Below, piece by piece: positions 35,474 to 48,636 of a DNA stretch of 64,000 nt (its first letter is position 1; the number at the start of each line of letters is the position of its first letter). The stretch is from Squalus acanthias (Eukaryota): contig CM059432.1 of the NCBI GenBank assembly GCA_030390025.1, positions 29,390,001 through 29,454,000 on the forward strand, written 5' to 3'. A program made the translations under genes and the position numbers. The notes below the pieces were generated by a model. It was not told the DNA's origin. It saw nothing but the letters and a program-made list of their open reading frames with translations, and searched no databases.

Positions 35474-37419
35474 ATGTCCACCAGTAGGCCAAAGTGTGCT
35501 CCAAGGTTCGATGAGCCCTCCCTCCAAGCTCTGTGGAGGGAGCAAGATCAAATAAGGAGGTGCTCTTCCCTTCCTCAGGGAGGAAAAAGCCTCCCCAGCA
35601 GACTAAAACTGTGTGGCTGCAAGTGACCCAGGAGGTCAACTCAATCTCTATGTGCCACAGAACCTGGCTGCAGGGCAGGAAGAGGTTTCATGACCTTCTC
35701 CGCGCCAGAAAAGTGAGTATGACTTTCCCATCACCCTCAATCTGATCCCCATCGCCTCTCCTCACCAGCACACTGCTTTGCCAACCTCTTTCTTCACATC
35801 CCACTTGACACTTATATCCCTGCACCCTTACCCATTCCCTCTCTCTCTATGGTCACATTCACTTAACTATTCTACCATGCAGCCCTCACATTCCCTATCA
35901 CTGTGTGGCAATGACAACAACTTATAACACACAGGGAGGGGCCCTTTGGCTCCTTCTAAGCATCTACGCTATGTATTCTCTACACTCCTTCATTCTCACT
36001 CAAACTCCACTTGTGTCCCTCATTGCAAGAAAAGAGAGCCCACATTAAGAGGGAAAGAGCGAGGACAGGAGGAGGGCCACCCTCAGTTGCCCAGCTCACC
36101 ACCTCGGAGGAGGCGGCCCTGGAAATCGTCGGTGTCGAAGACGATTCGCAAGTGGGGGACGGACAGACAGGCGCATCACAGCAAGCTGGTGACAGAATAG
36201 TTTGGCATCTCTCTCATTGACATTGCATGAGTGACTGATAATGATTCTGATGCTCTAACAGTTTGACTTATGATCATCTGCATAATTCAATGTGCATGCA
36301 ACCTTTACCTCACATCTCTCACTCTTTCCTTTACTCCCCCACAGGACCATCGATAGCCCCCGTCCCCACTGTCCAGGAAGAACAGCCTGAGCCTCAACAC
36401 TCCTCAAAGGAAGCTGTAACCTCTGAGGGCGCAGCGTCAGCAGAATTCAGTGCACCCAGCAACAGCGCAGACACTCACACCTCGGCGGGACCTTCGCGAG
36501 ATAGAGTAGTGTTGTCACCTGGTGTATCACAGCTCACAAGTGAGCATCAGCAGATGATGGAGACAGGGACAGCAGTTGAGTGTCCTCGTCGGAGGGCGCA
36601 GGACTCTGCCAGCTCGGCTCAGCTGCATGTCGACCCTATGCCTCCGGGTCCATCCAGAAGGAGAGCGGTGCTGGAACTCCAGGAACAGGTGCAGGAGTCT
36701 CTGGCAGGTTTTGTCTCCAGGTTCGCTGTAAGTGTGGAGCGAATGGAGGAGTCCATTGCGAACATGAGCAGAGCCTTTGTGGAGGCATTGGTGCATGAAC
36801 GCATCACCATGAAAAGGATGGCAACCTCCATGGAAAAATAACTACAGTAGAGGAGAGGATGGCTACGGCCATGGAGGAGATAAGTCGCCAGAGTATTGAA
36901 AACGTGGTCATTGTTCAGAATAGACTGACATCTCTTGAGGCGCGATGGTCAGCTATTGGGCATAGAAACCAGACATTCATGGAAGTCCTCTGGAGTAGGA
37001 CTTCCAGTGCAGAAACGGGTCCTCATGGCCCCCCTGAAGTGCAGCAAGGTGCTGTCAACCCACTTGCTAGCTCTGAAGTGGGGCTGACCCATGAGAGGGA
37101 TGTTGGTGGCAGACAACAAGGAAGTGGGGGCTCCTCCCCAAGCGCTCAAACAACCATGCCACTGCAAAGCCCTCGGTCAGAGCCCCACCAGAGTCCTCAC
37201 CCAACTGAGATGGGCGTCTCATCCCCTGCACAGCTGCAGGAGGAGCAGACTGTTGCCGAGCCCTCACAGGTTCGCAACCCCAGAGGATGGCCGCCAAAGG
37301 TGTCGAGACAGGAGCAGCAAGAAAGTGAGCAAGGGGCCTCCACATCTGCTGAAGCCACAGGGGAAGCACCACGTAGTAGCACGCATAAGAGGAAGATAAT
37401 GCACAAGTCACAAGGGTAG
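35474..37419 (+). pseudogene. Harbinger Myb/SANT-like DNA-binding gene, 3 exons (35474-35712, 36029-36188, 36345-37419), disabled
   Basis: APRFDEPSLQAL/VEGARSNKEVLF...WLQVTQEVNS...RTWLQGRKRFHDL then GTGAGT; exon 2 EKRAHIKRERARTGGG; phase-consistent intron 2 (g|GT...CAG|ga); frameshifts near 35533 and 36838; intron 1 acceptor reads CAA. Confidence 0.8.
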
Positions 37420-37665
37420 TCACTTGTGTGTTATGTTGCATTTATTTTTGAAATGCCATCAGTTGCTTGTTGTGATAAAAAATTCTGATGGCAAACTGTT
37501 GAAGTTGTGGCCTGTGTCATTTCGCAAATGGGACTTCCACATTGAGAGCTTAGAGCGACTTCCAATTGTCAGTATGGTGGTCAGTGTGATAGGAATCCGC
37601 AGGTTCTTGTCCATTGTCGATGCTCTGGTAAGAAGGTGTGAGGCAAAAATGTTTGATTGTGCAGG

Positions 37666-37892
37666 CTAAGCAAATCTGGCCAACATGAGTGCGTCCCTTG
37701 CATTCCGGGCAGCAATGTGGTCGCGCGATGGCACCTTCTAGCCTGTGCAGCTTCAGGTGGGTGAGCAACAGCTTGGCACTCCTGTTGTTGCTGCTGCTGT
37801 TGGTGCTGCTGTTGCCCATGGTTCTGCTGCTGCCGCGGCTGGTCTTCATCCAAATCTGATGTCCAGGAGGAAAGGAAATAAATGGTTCCCAT
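37666..37892 (-). pseudogene. Harbinger transposase remnant: putative N-terminus fused to C-terminus, DDE core absent
   Basis: MGTIYFLSSWTSDLDEDQPRQQQ... runs into, in another frame, HIAARNARDALMLARFA*, which resembles Harbinger transposase C-termini; position and orientation fit. Confidence 0.6.
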
Positions 37893-38389
37893 GCTTCTGG
37901 TATATGCCTCAGTTGAGGAAGTGCTCAGTCAAGGTGGGGAGAGGGGTTTCCCAGGAGGTCACACTGGAGATGGGTGTCAGTCTCCAAACTTCCACAACAA
38001 TGAGTATGCCTGCTAAAAGTTCCCCCAGACCTGAGACAACAAAGTTCTACCACCTGCAAATGATCATTGGTGAAAACTCCTTTTTAATGGTGGAGCTGCA
38101 GCTGTTAGTAAGCAATCCACTTGTGAGGCCGCCAGGATTAACTGGTGTGTTCCAGAGGAGACGTGCAGGACGGGGGAAATGTGTTAAAATCAGAAAGGCC
38201 TCTCAAAATGGGATTACAGAGGCAATTAACTGGAGGCGGGATGGAAACTGGGTCTGAAACCCCGATTCTGGGAAAATTGCTTGGAGGCGGGCTGGTGGCG
38301 GGATCGGAGCCGCCCGCCATATTTTGCGATTTTAACACCTCACACGCCTCCAATCCCTCTTCCTCGGGCCTGGCAAAATCGAGCCCCAT

Positions 38390-38845
38390 GTGTCAGCCAT
38401 GGCTCAAGGGTAGGACTCTCACCTCTGAGCCAGAAGATCATGGGTTTAAGCCCTACTCCAGAGATTTAAGCACAAAATCTAGGTTGACATTTCAGTGCAG
38501 TACTGAGGGAGTGCTGCACTGTCTGAGGTGCCGTCTTTCAGATGAGATGCTAAACCGAGGCCTCATCTGCCCTTTCAGGTGGATGTAAAATATCTCATAG
38601 TGCTATTTGAAAAAGAAGAGGTGATGTGTCCGGGCCAACATCTATCCCTCAAGCCAAGACCACAAGAAAAAATAATCTGGTCATTAATCTCATTGCTGTT
38701 TGCGGGACCTTGCTGTGTGCAAATTGTATGCTTTGTTTCCTACATTCGAACAGTGACTGTACTTCAAATAGTACTTAATTGGCTGTGAAACGCTTTGGGA
38801 CCTTCTAAGGTCATGAAAGGTGCTATATAAATGCAAGTTCTTTCT
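38390..38845 (+). mobile_element. Deu-domain SINE, full length
   Basis: gtgtcagccatggctc...ggtgctatataaatgcaagttctttc. Confidence 0.82.
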
Positions 38846-39699
38846 TTATTTTCTATTACACATCAATTCCTCGGAGCTGCTCCCGCTCTGCAGCCACACC
38901 TTCATCGGTTGTATGCATATAAACGGGGTTTCTGGAGCCCTTCTGCCGAAGTAACGACAGCGGAACGAGATCAGCTCCGAAGAAATTCTTGGCCTGTGAA
39001 TACCGTTTTATTTTTGAAAAATAAATGTTCTGAACACATTATGGTTTCCTCCACTGTGCAGCAGCAGCAAAAACCACTGGGATACTTTAACATAAATTGG
39101 ATGCTGTGACAGAAGCGTTAAGGTACTAGAAGGATGAGCTTTGATGGGCAAAATAGCTCTTGCTTGTACTTAGAATTCTTTTCTTCTTATGAATCATTCA
39201 ATGGCTGAGTTGGCAGCCATATGACCTACTGTCCCACACCCAACAGTGCTGCTGTGGTCCTGGTTGCTAGGGGATGTGCAAGAATAGCCCAGCAGTGATT
39301 CTTCCTCTCTGATTTCCCTTCATCCCTCTGAAGATTCCATCTGCCTGTTCCACTGGCTCAGGTAGACCTTAAAGATCCTTGATACTACTTACAGAGGAGC
39401 AGGGAAGACTCTTTATGTCCTGACCTACCTTCCTCGCTCAAAGGACACCACAATTAACAGCTTAGCTGGTCATTCATCTATTTCTATTAGTGAGACACTG
39501 CTAGTGCAAAATGGCTGCCATATTTGCCTACATAACAACAATCACTGCAGATCAAAACAATACTTCAAATAGCAAATACTATTAATAAAAATATATTATG
39601 ATTTGGTCTCGCTTGCAGGGAATTCAGTTGAAAAATGAAGGGAACCTTGGTTTTTCTCATTCCATCCCTCTGCTGAACAAGGTGACCACCCAACACATT

Positions 39700-39838
39700 C
39701 AACTATCATGTCCCTAAAGGTATCAACGAATATGGAGCAAAGGCGAATAAATGGAGTTGAAGTACAAATCAGCAATGATCTAATTGAATGGCGGCACAGG
39801 CTCCAGGGGCTGAATGGCCTACTCTCGTTCCTATGTTT
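39700..39838 (+). mobile_element. CR1 3' UTR fragment
   Basis: gatctaattgaatggcgg...gaatggcctactc. Confidence 0.7.
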
Positions 39839-40783
39839 TTTAGTTCAATTACAAAAGGGACTTGTGAAGTACTTCAAAGCCCCAATGCATGAACCACAAA
39901 AGCCTCAGGTATGATTCCTAATGTGCACTGTTAGTTGATTTGAATCATGCCATTGCCTTCAGTGCCTCTGGGCTAGGGAGGGTAAAAGTATCAGATAGGA
40001 TTCCTACTCTGGAACCATATCCAGTCATTCCTGTTAGGTGTGTGAGTGCATATGTGTGCATAGTAGTAGGGAAAATGCTAGAATCTATTATTAGGGACGT
40101 GGTAACAGGACACTTAGAAAATCATAATTAGTGGTCATGGGATTGGGGATAATATATTAGTATGAATTGAGGATTGGTTAACAACAACAACAACTTGTAT
40201 TTATATAGCGCCTTTAATGTACTAAAACGTCCCAAGGCACTTCGCAGGAGTATTAAAAGACAAAAAAAGACAGAAAACAGAGAGTAGGAATAAACGGGAC
40301 ATTTTCGGGTTGGCAGGCTGTAACTACTGGGGTACCGCAAGGATCAGTGCTTGGGCCTCAGCTATTTACAATCTCTGCCAATGATTTAGATGAGGGGACC
40401 GAGTGTAATGTATCCAAGTTTGCTGACGATACAAAGCTAGGTGGGAAAGTAAGTTGTGAAGAGGATGCAAAGAGGCTGCAAAGAGATATAGACAGGTTAC
40501 GTGAGTGGGCAAGAACATGGCAGATGGAATATAACGTGGAGAAATGTGAAGTTACCAACTTTGGTAGGAAAAATAGAAAAGCAGAATATTTTTTAAATGG
40601 TGAGGGATTGGAAAATGTTGGTATTCAGTGAGACCTGGGTATCCTTGTACATGAGTCACTGAAAGTTAACATGCAGGTACAGCAAGAAATTTGGAAAGCA
40701 AATGGTGTGTTAGCCTTTATTACAAAAGGGTAGGAAGATAAGAGTAAAAAAGTCTTACTGCAATTATATAGGGCCTTGATGAG

Positions 40784-41782
40784 TGTAGCAGTCGGCGCAG
40801 ACTCCATGGATTTTTAGATTATGAACATATACCCTTATTAAAAACTGGACAGGCTGTTTGGGGGGGAAGCTGTGGAAAAACACTCAAGCTGAAGGTGGCT
40901 GACGTAACCATGTTGCATTCGTATGGTAACGGACTGTCCTTGGGAACAATGGCCCGAGAGGCCCACTCCCAAGTCATGAGTAACGAGGTTGGCGACTCAT
41001 GTTTCTGAAGAAGATGAGCTCATTAAGTTAAATCGGCTGGGAGATCGAAACGAGATCTAAACCATCCAAACCTAGGAGGAGGCCTGGAAACCATTTCCCT
41101 GAGGCCATGTGTCCATTAAAACCCCAGACAGCGGTCTGTGTATTGGGGGGGTATATCAGAGAGCCATTTTGGATAGCTCTCTCTCTCTCTCTCCTGCCCT
41201 CCCCACAACGGAACGTCAAGAGGAGCTGAGCCTTGCACTTCCAACCAAGACGGACTTCGACTCAGACTGGGACTCACATGCCGCAAGGTAGCCAAGACGT
41301 ATGGGAGGAAGCTGCAAGCAAGATCAAGGGCAATCTAGGTGAGCATTGCCAAGCCTGCACACCCACAAGATCACTTAGCTGTGTGAGGGGGTGCCTGTAT
41401 TTTCCTACCAAACCAGAGGGGGTTTAGCGTTGGAAGGGTCCTGTGGTAGTTTAGTTCACGGGAGGGTGTTTTTAGGCCGTGGTAAGTCAGCACGGCAGGG
41501 GCTTGTTGGACAAGTCAGGGTTGTACTGTTTTAAACTGTACTGTTGTGTTCACTCCGCTTGTACTGTATGCGAGTGGAGTGGTTTTCTCAACCTTAATAA
41601 ACACTGTACGGGTGAGCCCGAAAATGCTGTCCATGTTCCAATCTGTCCTCAGTGATCCCTATCATCCAGAACTTGTAGTAAGGGGGTTTGCGTGCTCGCT
41701 ACGGGCGGGGCGAAACCACTTACAATAATTGGTGATTGCGGCAGGGCCTATAGGAAATTGGCCACCACAAAAACCGGTTACA
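40784..41782 (+). mobile_element. Solo-LTR-like insertion (~1 kb)
   Basis: TGTAGC...GTTACA ends; AATAAA near 41596; splits CR1 ORF2 (ttgatgag|gagacctcacctgg) with GAG duplicated; no coding capacity. Confidence 0.7.
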
Positions 41783-41976
41783 GAGACCTCACCTGGAGTA
41801 CAGTGTAAAGTTTTGGTCTCCTTACCTAAGGAAGGATATACTTGCAGGGTAAAGGAGTGCAACAAAGGTTCACCAGACTGATCCCTCGGATGGGGGGATT
41901 GTTCTCTGAGGAGAGATTGAGGTAACTAAGTCTATATTCCCTGGAATTTAGAAGAATGATCTCATTGAAACATATA

Positions 41977-42690
41977 GGGGGAAAAATTCGGTTGCTTAGC
42001 GCCTCTCGTTAGCGCCCTAAGAGGGCGCTAACAGGGGGCGCAAAGCAACTAGCGCCTGGGTGCAGCACCACCAATGCCTCCCGTGAAATTCAGCGGGAGG
42101 TTAGCGGCAGCGGTAACCGTTAGCGCCCCGCGGCGCTGAACCGCCAGCGATTACTTCATCGCCGTGCGCAGCGCTGCGCTCGCGCCCCGGCCGTGATCTT
42201 CGGGAGCGCCCCCTGACTTACCGCCGGACGCTATGTCCAACGGGGTCAGGGGGGCCTACCTGCAGCCGGGGAGGTGCTATTTAAAGGCGAGGTGCGGGGC
42301 GGCCATTTTTGTTGCTGGCCACCTGCCAGCACCTGGCTCCGCTCCCATCCCCGGTCTCCTTACCCGGCCCCCTGCGGAGTGCCGGCTGCGCTCCATGAGC
42401 CTGGCACTTCTCTTGAGTGCCGGGCTCTTATGCCAGCACTCCCGATCCCCGGGGGCCCAGCTGGGCCCCGGGTCGCGCTGCGCAAGGCCCCTCCCCTTTA
42501 AGAAGGAGAGGAAGGCCTGCAATACCGCGGCAAATAGTGCCGTGATATTCCTTCGCAGTACCCCAAGAGGGAGGTGGGGCACTTCCAGTAGCTCCCCGCT
42601 TCCCTCTTGGGGTGCTACCACTCAATTTCTGTCGCAGGGGCGCTAATTTTTCCGGGGCGCTAAAAGGGGGCGCTACTCAATTTTTAGCCC
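41977..42690. mobile_element. Harbinger-type MITE related to 7818-8584
   Basis: GGGGGAAAAATTCG / CAATTTTTAGCCC; TSD ATA; CR1 attgaaacat-ata-aacttcttac rejoins exactly. Confidence 0.82.
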
Positions 42691-43199
42691 ATAAACTTCT
42701 TACAGGGCTTGACAAGGTAGATGCAGGGAGGATATTTCCCCTGGCTGGGAAGTGTAGAACTAGCCATGGGGCTTGGGCACATTGTTGGTGCAGGCCCATC
42801 CCATGGATGGACCTTGCGCCAAAAAGAATCAGGGGCATAGCTGTAGGCCTAAGGGCCAGATGGGTCTGAGGCTTTAACATTTTCCTGGAGAATTTTAAAG
42901 AACTGTCCAGGCCCTTGCTCCAGGATTATTCAAATGGCCCACCCTCAGGACATTCAACAGATGAACGATGAGGAAACTGAGGCAAAATATCAGGAACGCC
43001 TTTCCCCACCTCATTAAAATGGTAATACTAGGCACAGGCCCAGTGATGCCAACCGGGAAAACCTTAGGAGATCATAGGGAAGTGCAGTGAGGCCAAAGAC
43101 ATGATGTAATTTGTCTCTGCCCCTTTCCCTTCTTCACTGTTCCTGGAGAATGTTAATTTCTCAGGCACAATGAAGAGAAAAATCCACCCTGTGTCATAC

Positions 43200-43480
43200 C
43201 ATTTCCATGCCTTTCCCCATAATAGATTTTTCCTTTTCAAATACTTAACCAATTCCCTTTTAAATGATGTTGTAGTCTCTGCCTCAATAGCCACTTGTAG
43301 TAAAGCATTCCATGTTCTGATAATCCTCTGTTTGAAAACATTTCTTCTAACCTTGCCCTTCATTCAATCTAGAGGTAATCTTCAGCCAATACCCCTTGCT
43401 ACTGATTCACCAACCTGTGGAAACAATTATTCAGTATTTACGTTCCCTAAACCTTTCCTAATTTTGAAAATCTCTATTAG
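43200..43480 (-). mobile_element. Degraded CR1 fragment
   Basis: VRRNVFKQRIIRTWNAL...SFKRELVKYL. Confidence 0.7.
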
Positions 43481-43944
43481 TCATCAACAACGCCTGATGT
43501 AACAGTTTCCATTGGAGTACTGGTTGCTGGTTAATTGAGTGCTCCCTCCTCCTCTTCATCTTCCTGCTTCCTATTCAGTACAGCGCCTCTTTCTAGGGAA
43601 ATATTGTGAAGCGTGCAGCACACCACAATTACTTGACCAACATTTCTAGGGTGTACAGTGAGGCCTCCTCCACCGCCAGAGTTATATAAACATCAAACTC
43701 TAGTTTAGCTCATCGAAGGTCTTCTCAGTGCTTCCCCTACTTTTCCAGGCAAAATGGAAAAGGTGGAGGGGCAGCCCTGATAATAAAGGATGGGCTAAAG
43801 ACAGTAGTGACAAAGGTTCTTAGCTCCGAAAATCAAGAAGTAGAATCAGTTTGGGTGGAGCTATGAAACAGCAAGGGGCAGAAAACATTGGTGGGAGTTG
43901 TTGATAGGCCCCCAAACAGTAGTTGTAATGTAGGGCAGAGTATG

Positions 43945-44440
43945 ACTGCCTGGATGAGTGCAGCTCCAACAACGCTCAAGAAGCTCGACACCATTCAAGA
44001 CAAAGCAGCCCGCTTGACTTGTACCCCATCCACCACCTTAAACATTCACTCACTCCACCACCGGCATACCGTGGCTGCAGTGTGTACCATCTACAAGATG
44101 CACTGCAGCAACTCGCCAAGGCTTCTTCGACAGCCTCTTCCAAACCCGCGACCTCTTCCACCTAGAAGGACAAGGGCAGCAGGCACATGGGAACACCACC
44201 ACCTCCAAGTTCCCCTCCAAGTCACACATCATCCTGACTTGGAAGTATATCGTCATTTCTTCATCGTCGCTGGGTCAAAATCCTGGAACTCCCTCCCTAA
44301 CAGCACTATGGGAGTACCTTCACCACACGGACTGCAGCGGTTCAAGAGGCAGCTCACCACCAACTTCTCAAGGGCAATTAGGGATGGGCAATAAATGCTG
44401 GCTTTGCCAGCGATGCCCACATCCCATGAATGAATAAAAA
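43945..44440 (+). mobile_element. Second LINE family 3' end
   Basis: AWMSAAPTTLKKLDTIQDKAARL...SLHHRHTVAAVCTIYK...WNSLP; tail gggcaataaatgctggc...catgaatgaat. Confidence 0.85.
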
Positions 44441-44569
44441 AAAATCCCTTTGTAATAAAAGCTAACATACCATTTGCTTTCCTGATTGCTTGCAGTACCT
44501 GCACGTTAACTTTCTGTGATTCATGTACAAGGACATCCAAGTCCTTCTGAGTGTAAACATTGTAGAGCT

Positions 44570-45265
44570 TTGGAGAGTTTTCCCCCTAATTCCCATTGAC
44601 TTCAGTTTTACTAGGACTCCTTGATGCCACACTTGGTCAAATGCTGCCTTGATGTCAAGGGCAGTCACTCTCACCTCACCTCTGGAATTCAGCTCCTTTG
44701 TCCATGTTTGGACCAAGACTGTAATGCAGTCTGGAACTGAGTGGTCCTGGTGGAACCAAAACTGGGCATCAGTGAGCAGGTTATTGGTGAGTAAGTGCCG
44801 CTTGATAGCACTGTCGGCGACACCTTCCATCACTTTGCTGATGATTGAGAGTAGACTGATGAGGCGGTAATTGACCGGATTGTATTTGTCCTGCTTTTTG
44901 TGGAAAGGACATACCTGGGCAGTTTTCCACATTGTCGGATAGATGCCAGTGTTGTAGCTGTACTGGAACAGCTTGGCTAAAGGCACGGCTAGTTCTGAAG
45001 CACAAGCCTTCAGCACGACAGCCAGGATGTTGTTGGGGCCCATAGCCTTTGCTGTATCCAATGCGCTCAGCCGTTTCTTGATATCACATGGAGTGAATTG
45101 AATTGGCTGAAGACTGGCTTCTGTGATGGTGGGGACCTCAGAAGGAGACCGATATGGATCATCCACTCAGCACTTCTGGGTGAAGATGGTTGCAAACGTT
45201 TAAGTCTTGTCTTTTGCACTTACGTGCTGTACTCCACCATCATTGAGGATGGGGATATTCATGGA
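44570..45265 (-). mobile_element. Second LINE family RT N-terminal fragment
   Basis: KAMGPNNI...NYRLISLLSIISKVME...ALDIKAAFDQVWH. Confidence 0.88.
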
Positions 45266-45274
45266 GCCTAAGAT

Positions 45275-45878
45275 TAGTGTATAAGAGTAAAGAAGTCTTA
45301 CTACAATTATACAGGGCATTGTTGAGGCAACACCCAGAGTAATGTGTACAGTTCTGGTCTCCTTACCTAAGGAAAGACTTACTTGCTTTAGAGGGAGTGC
45401 AGCAAAGGTTCACCAGACTGGTCCCTGGGATGGGGGGATTGCCCTATGAGGAGAGATTGAGTAGACTTAGCCTATATTCCTTAGAATGAGAGGTGATCTA
45501 ATTGAAACATATAAAATTCTTAAGGGGCTTGACAGGGTTAATGCTGGAAAAATGTTTCCCCTGGCTGGGGAATCTAGAACACGGGGTCATAGTCAAAGAA
45601 TAAGGGGTAGGCCATTTAGGACTGAGTTGAGGACAAATTTCTTCACTCAAAGGGTTGTGAATCTTTGGAATTCTGTACCCCAGAGAGGATGCTCAGTCAT
45701 TGAGTATATTCAAGACAAGAGGTCGATAAATTTTTGGGAACAAAGGGAATTAAGGGATATGGGGATAGAGTGGGAAGGTGGAGCTGAGGTAAAAGATCAG
45801 CCATGATCTTGTTGAATTGTGGAGCAGACTTGAAGGGCCAAATGGCCTACTCCAGCTCCTATTTCTTATGTTCTCATG
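45275..45878 (+). mobile_element. CR1 3' fragment
   Basis: MRGDLIETYKILKGLDRV...FFTQRVVNLWNS; 3' UTR. Confidence 0.9.
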
Positions 45879-47692
45879 TGGGCCTCATTGTAGGATGGTT
45901 GACGGGGTTCTGGGAATTGTGTGGAGGTGTGAGTAGCCCACCTTATGGCGGGCAAATGAGATCCCCAGGAACCACCCATCTAACCTTAGAGTGAGCCTTA
46001 AGCGTGAAGTGAGGGCCATGCATGGCTTTCCATGCATGGGTGAAGGGATAGGCTCCCTCTACGTACCTAGTTAGGAGTAGCAGGGTGGGGGAGGGGTGAA
46101 ACTGTATCTCTGGGACAGCTGATCTGCCCCAATCAGCTGAAGGGTAACTGGATCCTACCACTGCCCGATTGACCTCATGAGCCTGTGTTGCCAATAATTC
46201 AAGGATTCAAGCCAATAACTGAACTGTGTATCTCGTCTACAGCAGTGTCGCAGGACAATTACCTGTTATTGCTTCACATCCGGTCTAAACTTGCAGTGCA
46301 CATGTAGCCTTAAATCACAACCGACCCACGTGGCTTGATGCAAACCCTGGTACAGCAATAGGGGATTACAAAGTCTTTTAAATTCGGTGATGTCTGGATT
46401 AGATTTTTACACTTGATAAGTCTGTAGATTCACAGTCGTTGCTGTCTGCACTATGGAAATGTGCTGTTAGGAGCAGAAACTAGGCAGCTGTGCCAGAAGA
46501 TAGAAGATTGGCAGGTTCATCGAGTCACGAGGACACAGGTAGTTGGGAATGATTAATGGTTATAGAGTCTCGAGGAGCTCGATATATTTTTAATGGCTGT
46601 CCCCATACTGGGTGAAATGCCCCTGAAGCCATTAGAGTCTGTATAATTAAACAATATTCATATCAAATGAGACACACCAGCAATGGGCCACGCATCAGGA
46701 AGTGCAGATTTGTGACTGGCTCTTGCCATTTTAGCATTAAAGTCATCATTATTCACTGCCTAATGACTAGAACTTGTTAACTGATCCTGCCTGCAGACCT
46801 TCAATGCCTTCAGTTAAAGCCCCACATTGACCTGTTTTTTGTCCACTGTGTACCTCCCTTTTATTGCAGTCGTGGGTCGTTGCCACCCTCTAGTTTTCTC
46901 CCTTCCTCTCCTGATGGTGCGGACTTTTGCAGGGCTTCATGAGCATCTGGCAGCCCTCTAATATCTCATCCATTCTTTATTTCTCAGCCTAGGCAGTGAG
47001 TGTCAGCAGACTATTCCACCTAGAGGTCATCGCAGCTGAACTCGATCATGTCCTCACCCACAATCTTCATGTGCGCACTTTCCACGCACCCAGATTGATT
47101 TTTGCCCCTACCCAGCTCAGTGACACTGAAGCCAACTGTAGGGGTTCTGATGCTGCCCTAGCTAACTCAGTGAAACTAGAGATTAAACTTGATCTGTATG
47201 AGCTCAATACCATTGCTATACCATGTGGTGCATTTACCAATGAAGCTCTCTTAGAAGCTGCTGTGAGTATTCTTTTTAAACACTAAGTGCTCCCCAACTG
47301 GGAGCAATTACCGAATCCGTCAGTACAAGAAAATTAATGTACACAGTTGAAGCTGGAGTTGAGGGTTAATGGCTGTTCATTGATGTAAGATCTTTCTTGC
47401 CAACTTTCTCCTCTCTTCTCTTCTCATTGATTCTCCATTGGGGTATAGCTCCACTTCCACCATTCACCCTCTGGTGCCTTGCCCAAGTGGCCAATCTTTA
47501 TATATGATCCTTGACACTGAGTCAACAGATTATTTGACTCAGACAACAGCCACATGTGAGCACTTTCAGAGTCCAGGCTGATTCTCCCCTCCCTAGATTA
47601 GGGGAACTGAGGCCAAATGTAGCACTCCCTACCACCACTCAGGTAGAGATTAGCTAACTTAGTATAGAGAAAGGATTGAACCTGACACTTTC

Positions 47693-48205
47693 TTGACTCC
47701 CCAAGGTCTCTCTACCACCTACAAGCTACAAGTCAGGAGTGTGATGGAATATTCTCCACTTGCCTGGATGGGTGAAGCTCCAACTTGATCGGCTCCCCAT
47801 CCACCAGCCCAAACATCCACTCCTTCCACCACCGGCACACGGTGCTGCAGTGTGTACCACCTACAGGATGCACTGCAGTAACTAGCCAAGGCTTCTTCGG
47901 CAGCACCTCCCAAACCCGCCACCACCTAGAAGGACAAGGGCAGCAGGTGCATGGGAACACCATCACCTTGAAGTTCCTCTCCAAGTCACACACCATGCCG
48001 ACTTGGAGAAATCATCGCCATTACTTCATTGTCGCTGGGTCAAAATCCTGGAACTCCCTACCTAACATCACAGTGGAAACTGATTCACCACACGGACTGC
48101 AGCAGTTCAAGAAGGTGGCTCACCACCACCTTCTCATAGCAACTAGGGATGGGCAATAAATGCCGGCCTTGCCAGCAATGCCCACATCCCGGGAATTAAT
48201 TTTTT
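47693..48205 (+). mobile_element. Second LINE family 3' end
   Basis: Colinear with 43945-44440. Confidence 0.82.
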
Positions 48206-48636
48206 TAAGTTTTTTACAGCTTAGCTACTCACGAGATAATTTCACTGAACCATTGAGGGACCTACTATAGGAGTAAATTTATCTCCCTTTCACTCTGGAA
48301 CTCATTCAATCTATTTCCTTCAATTATGTCCCTAGTGCTCACTGTTTCAACAAACATTTCCCCAGACAAAAAACTGATTGAAGAAGCCAGTGGAAAGAAT
48401 GTCCAATAACAGCAACTGTTCCCTTTTAAGAGGGCTTGGCCCTGATGTTCAGAGTATTACAAATTTCATTATGCCAGTGGCTCACGGTGAAATTAAATCA
48501 CTGAAATTAAATAGTTTCTACTGATTAGTGTGTTTCTTGGACTCAAAAAGGAAACTGTATTCGGGAAAAAAACTAATTAGAAATGAAAACAAAAACTGGA
48601 AATGCAGGAAATCTGAAATAAAAACAGAAAACAGAA

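Larger units (their letters stand above)
35221..38386 (+). mobile_element. PIF/Harbinger non-autonomous deletion derivative
   Basis: Perfect 16-bp TIRs GGGCTCGATTTTGCCA / TGGCAAAATCGAGCCC; 3-bp TSD CAT; convergent Myb-like gene (+) and transposase remnant (-). Confidence 0.9.
40060..42765 (+). mobile_element. CR1 RT fragment interrupted by an L2 tail (~40180-40265), a solo LTR and a MITE
   Basis: VVGKMLESII; GSVLGPQLF...SKFADDTKL; pieces rejoin exactly across the insertions. Confidence 0.85.

Noticed and set aside
38860..38995. Open frames on both strands suggesting an exon
   Set aside because: Bounded by the inverted repeat aattcctcggagctg / cagctccgaagaaatt, better explained as a small MITE
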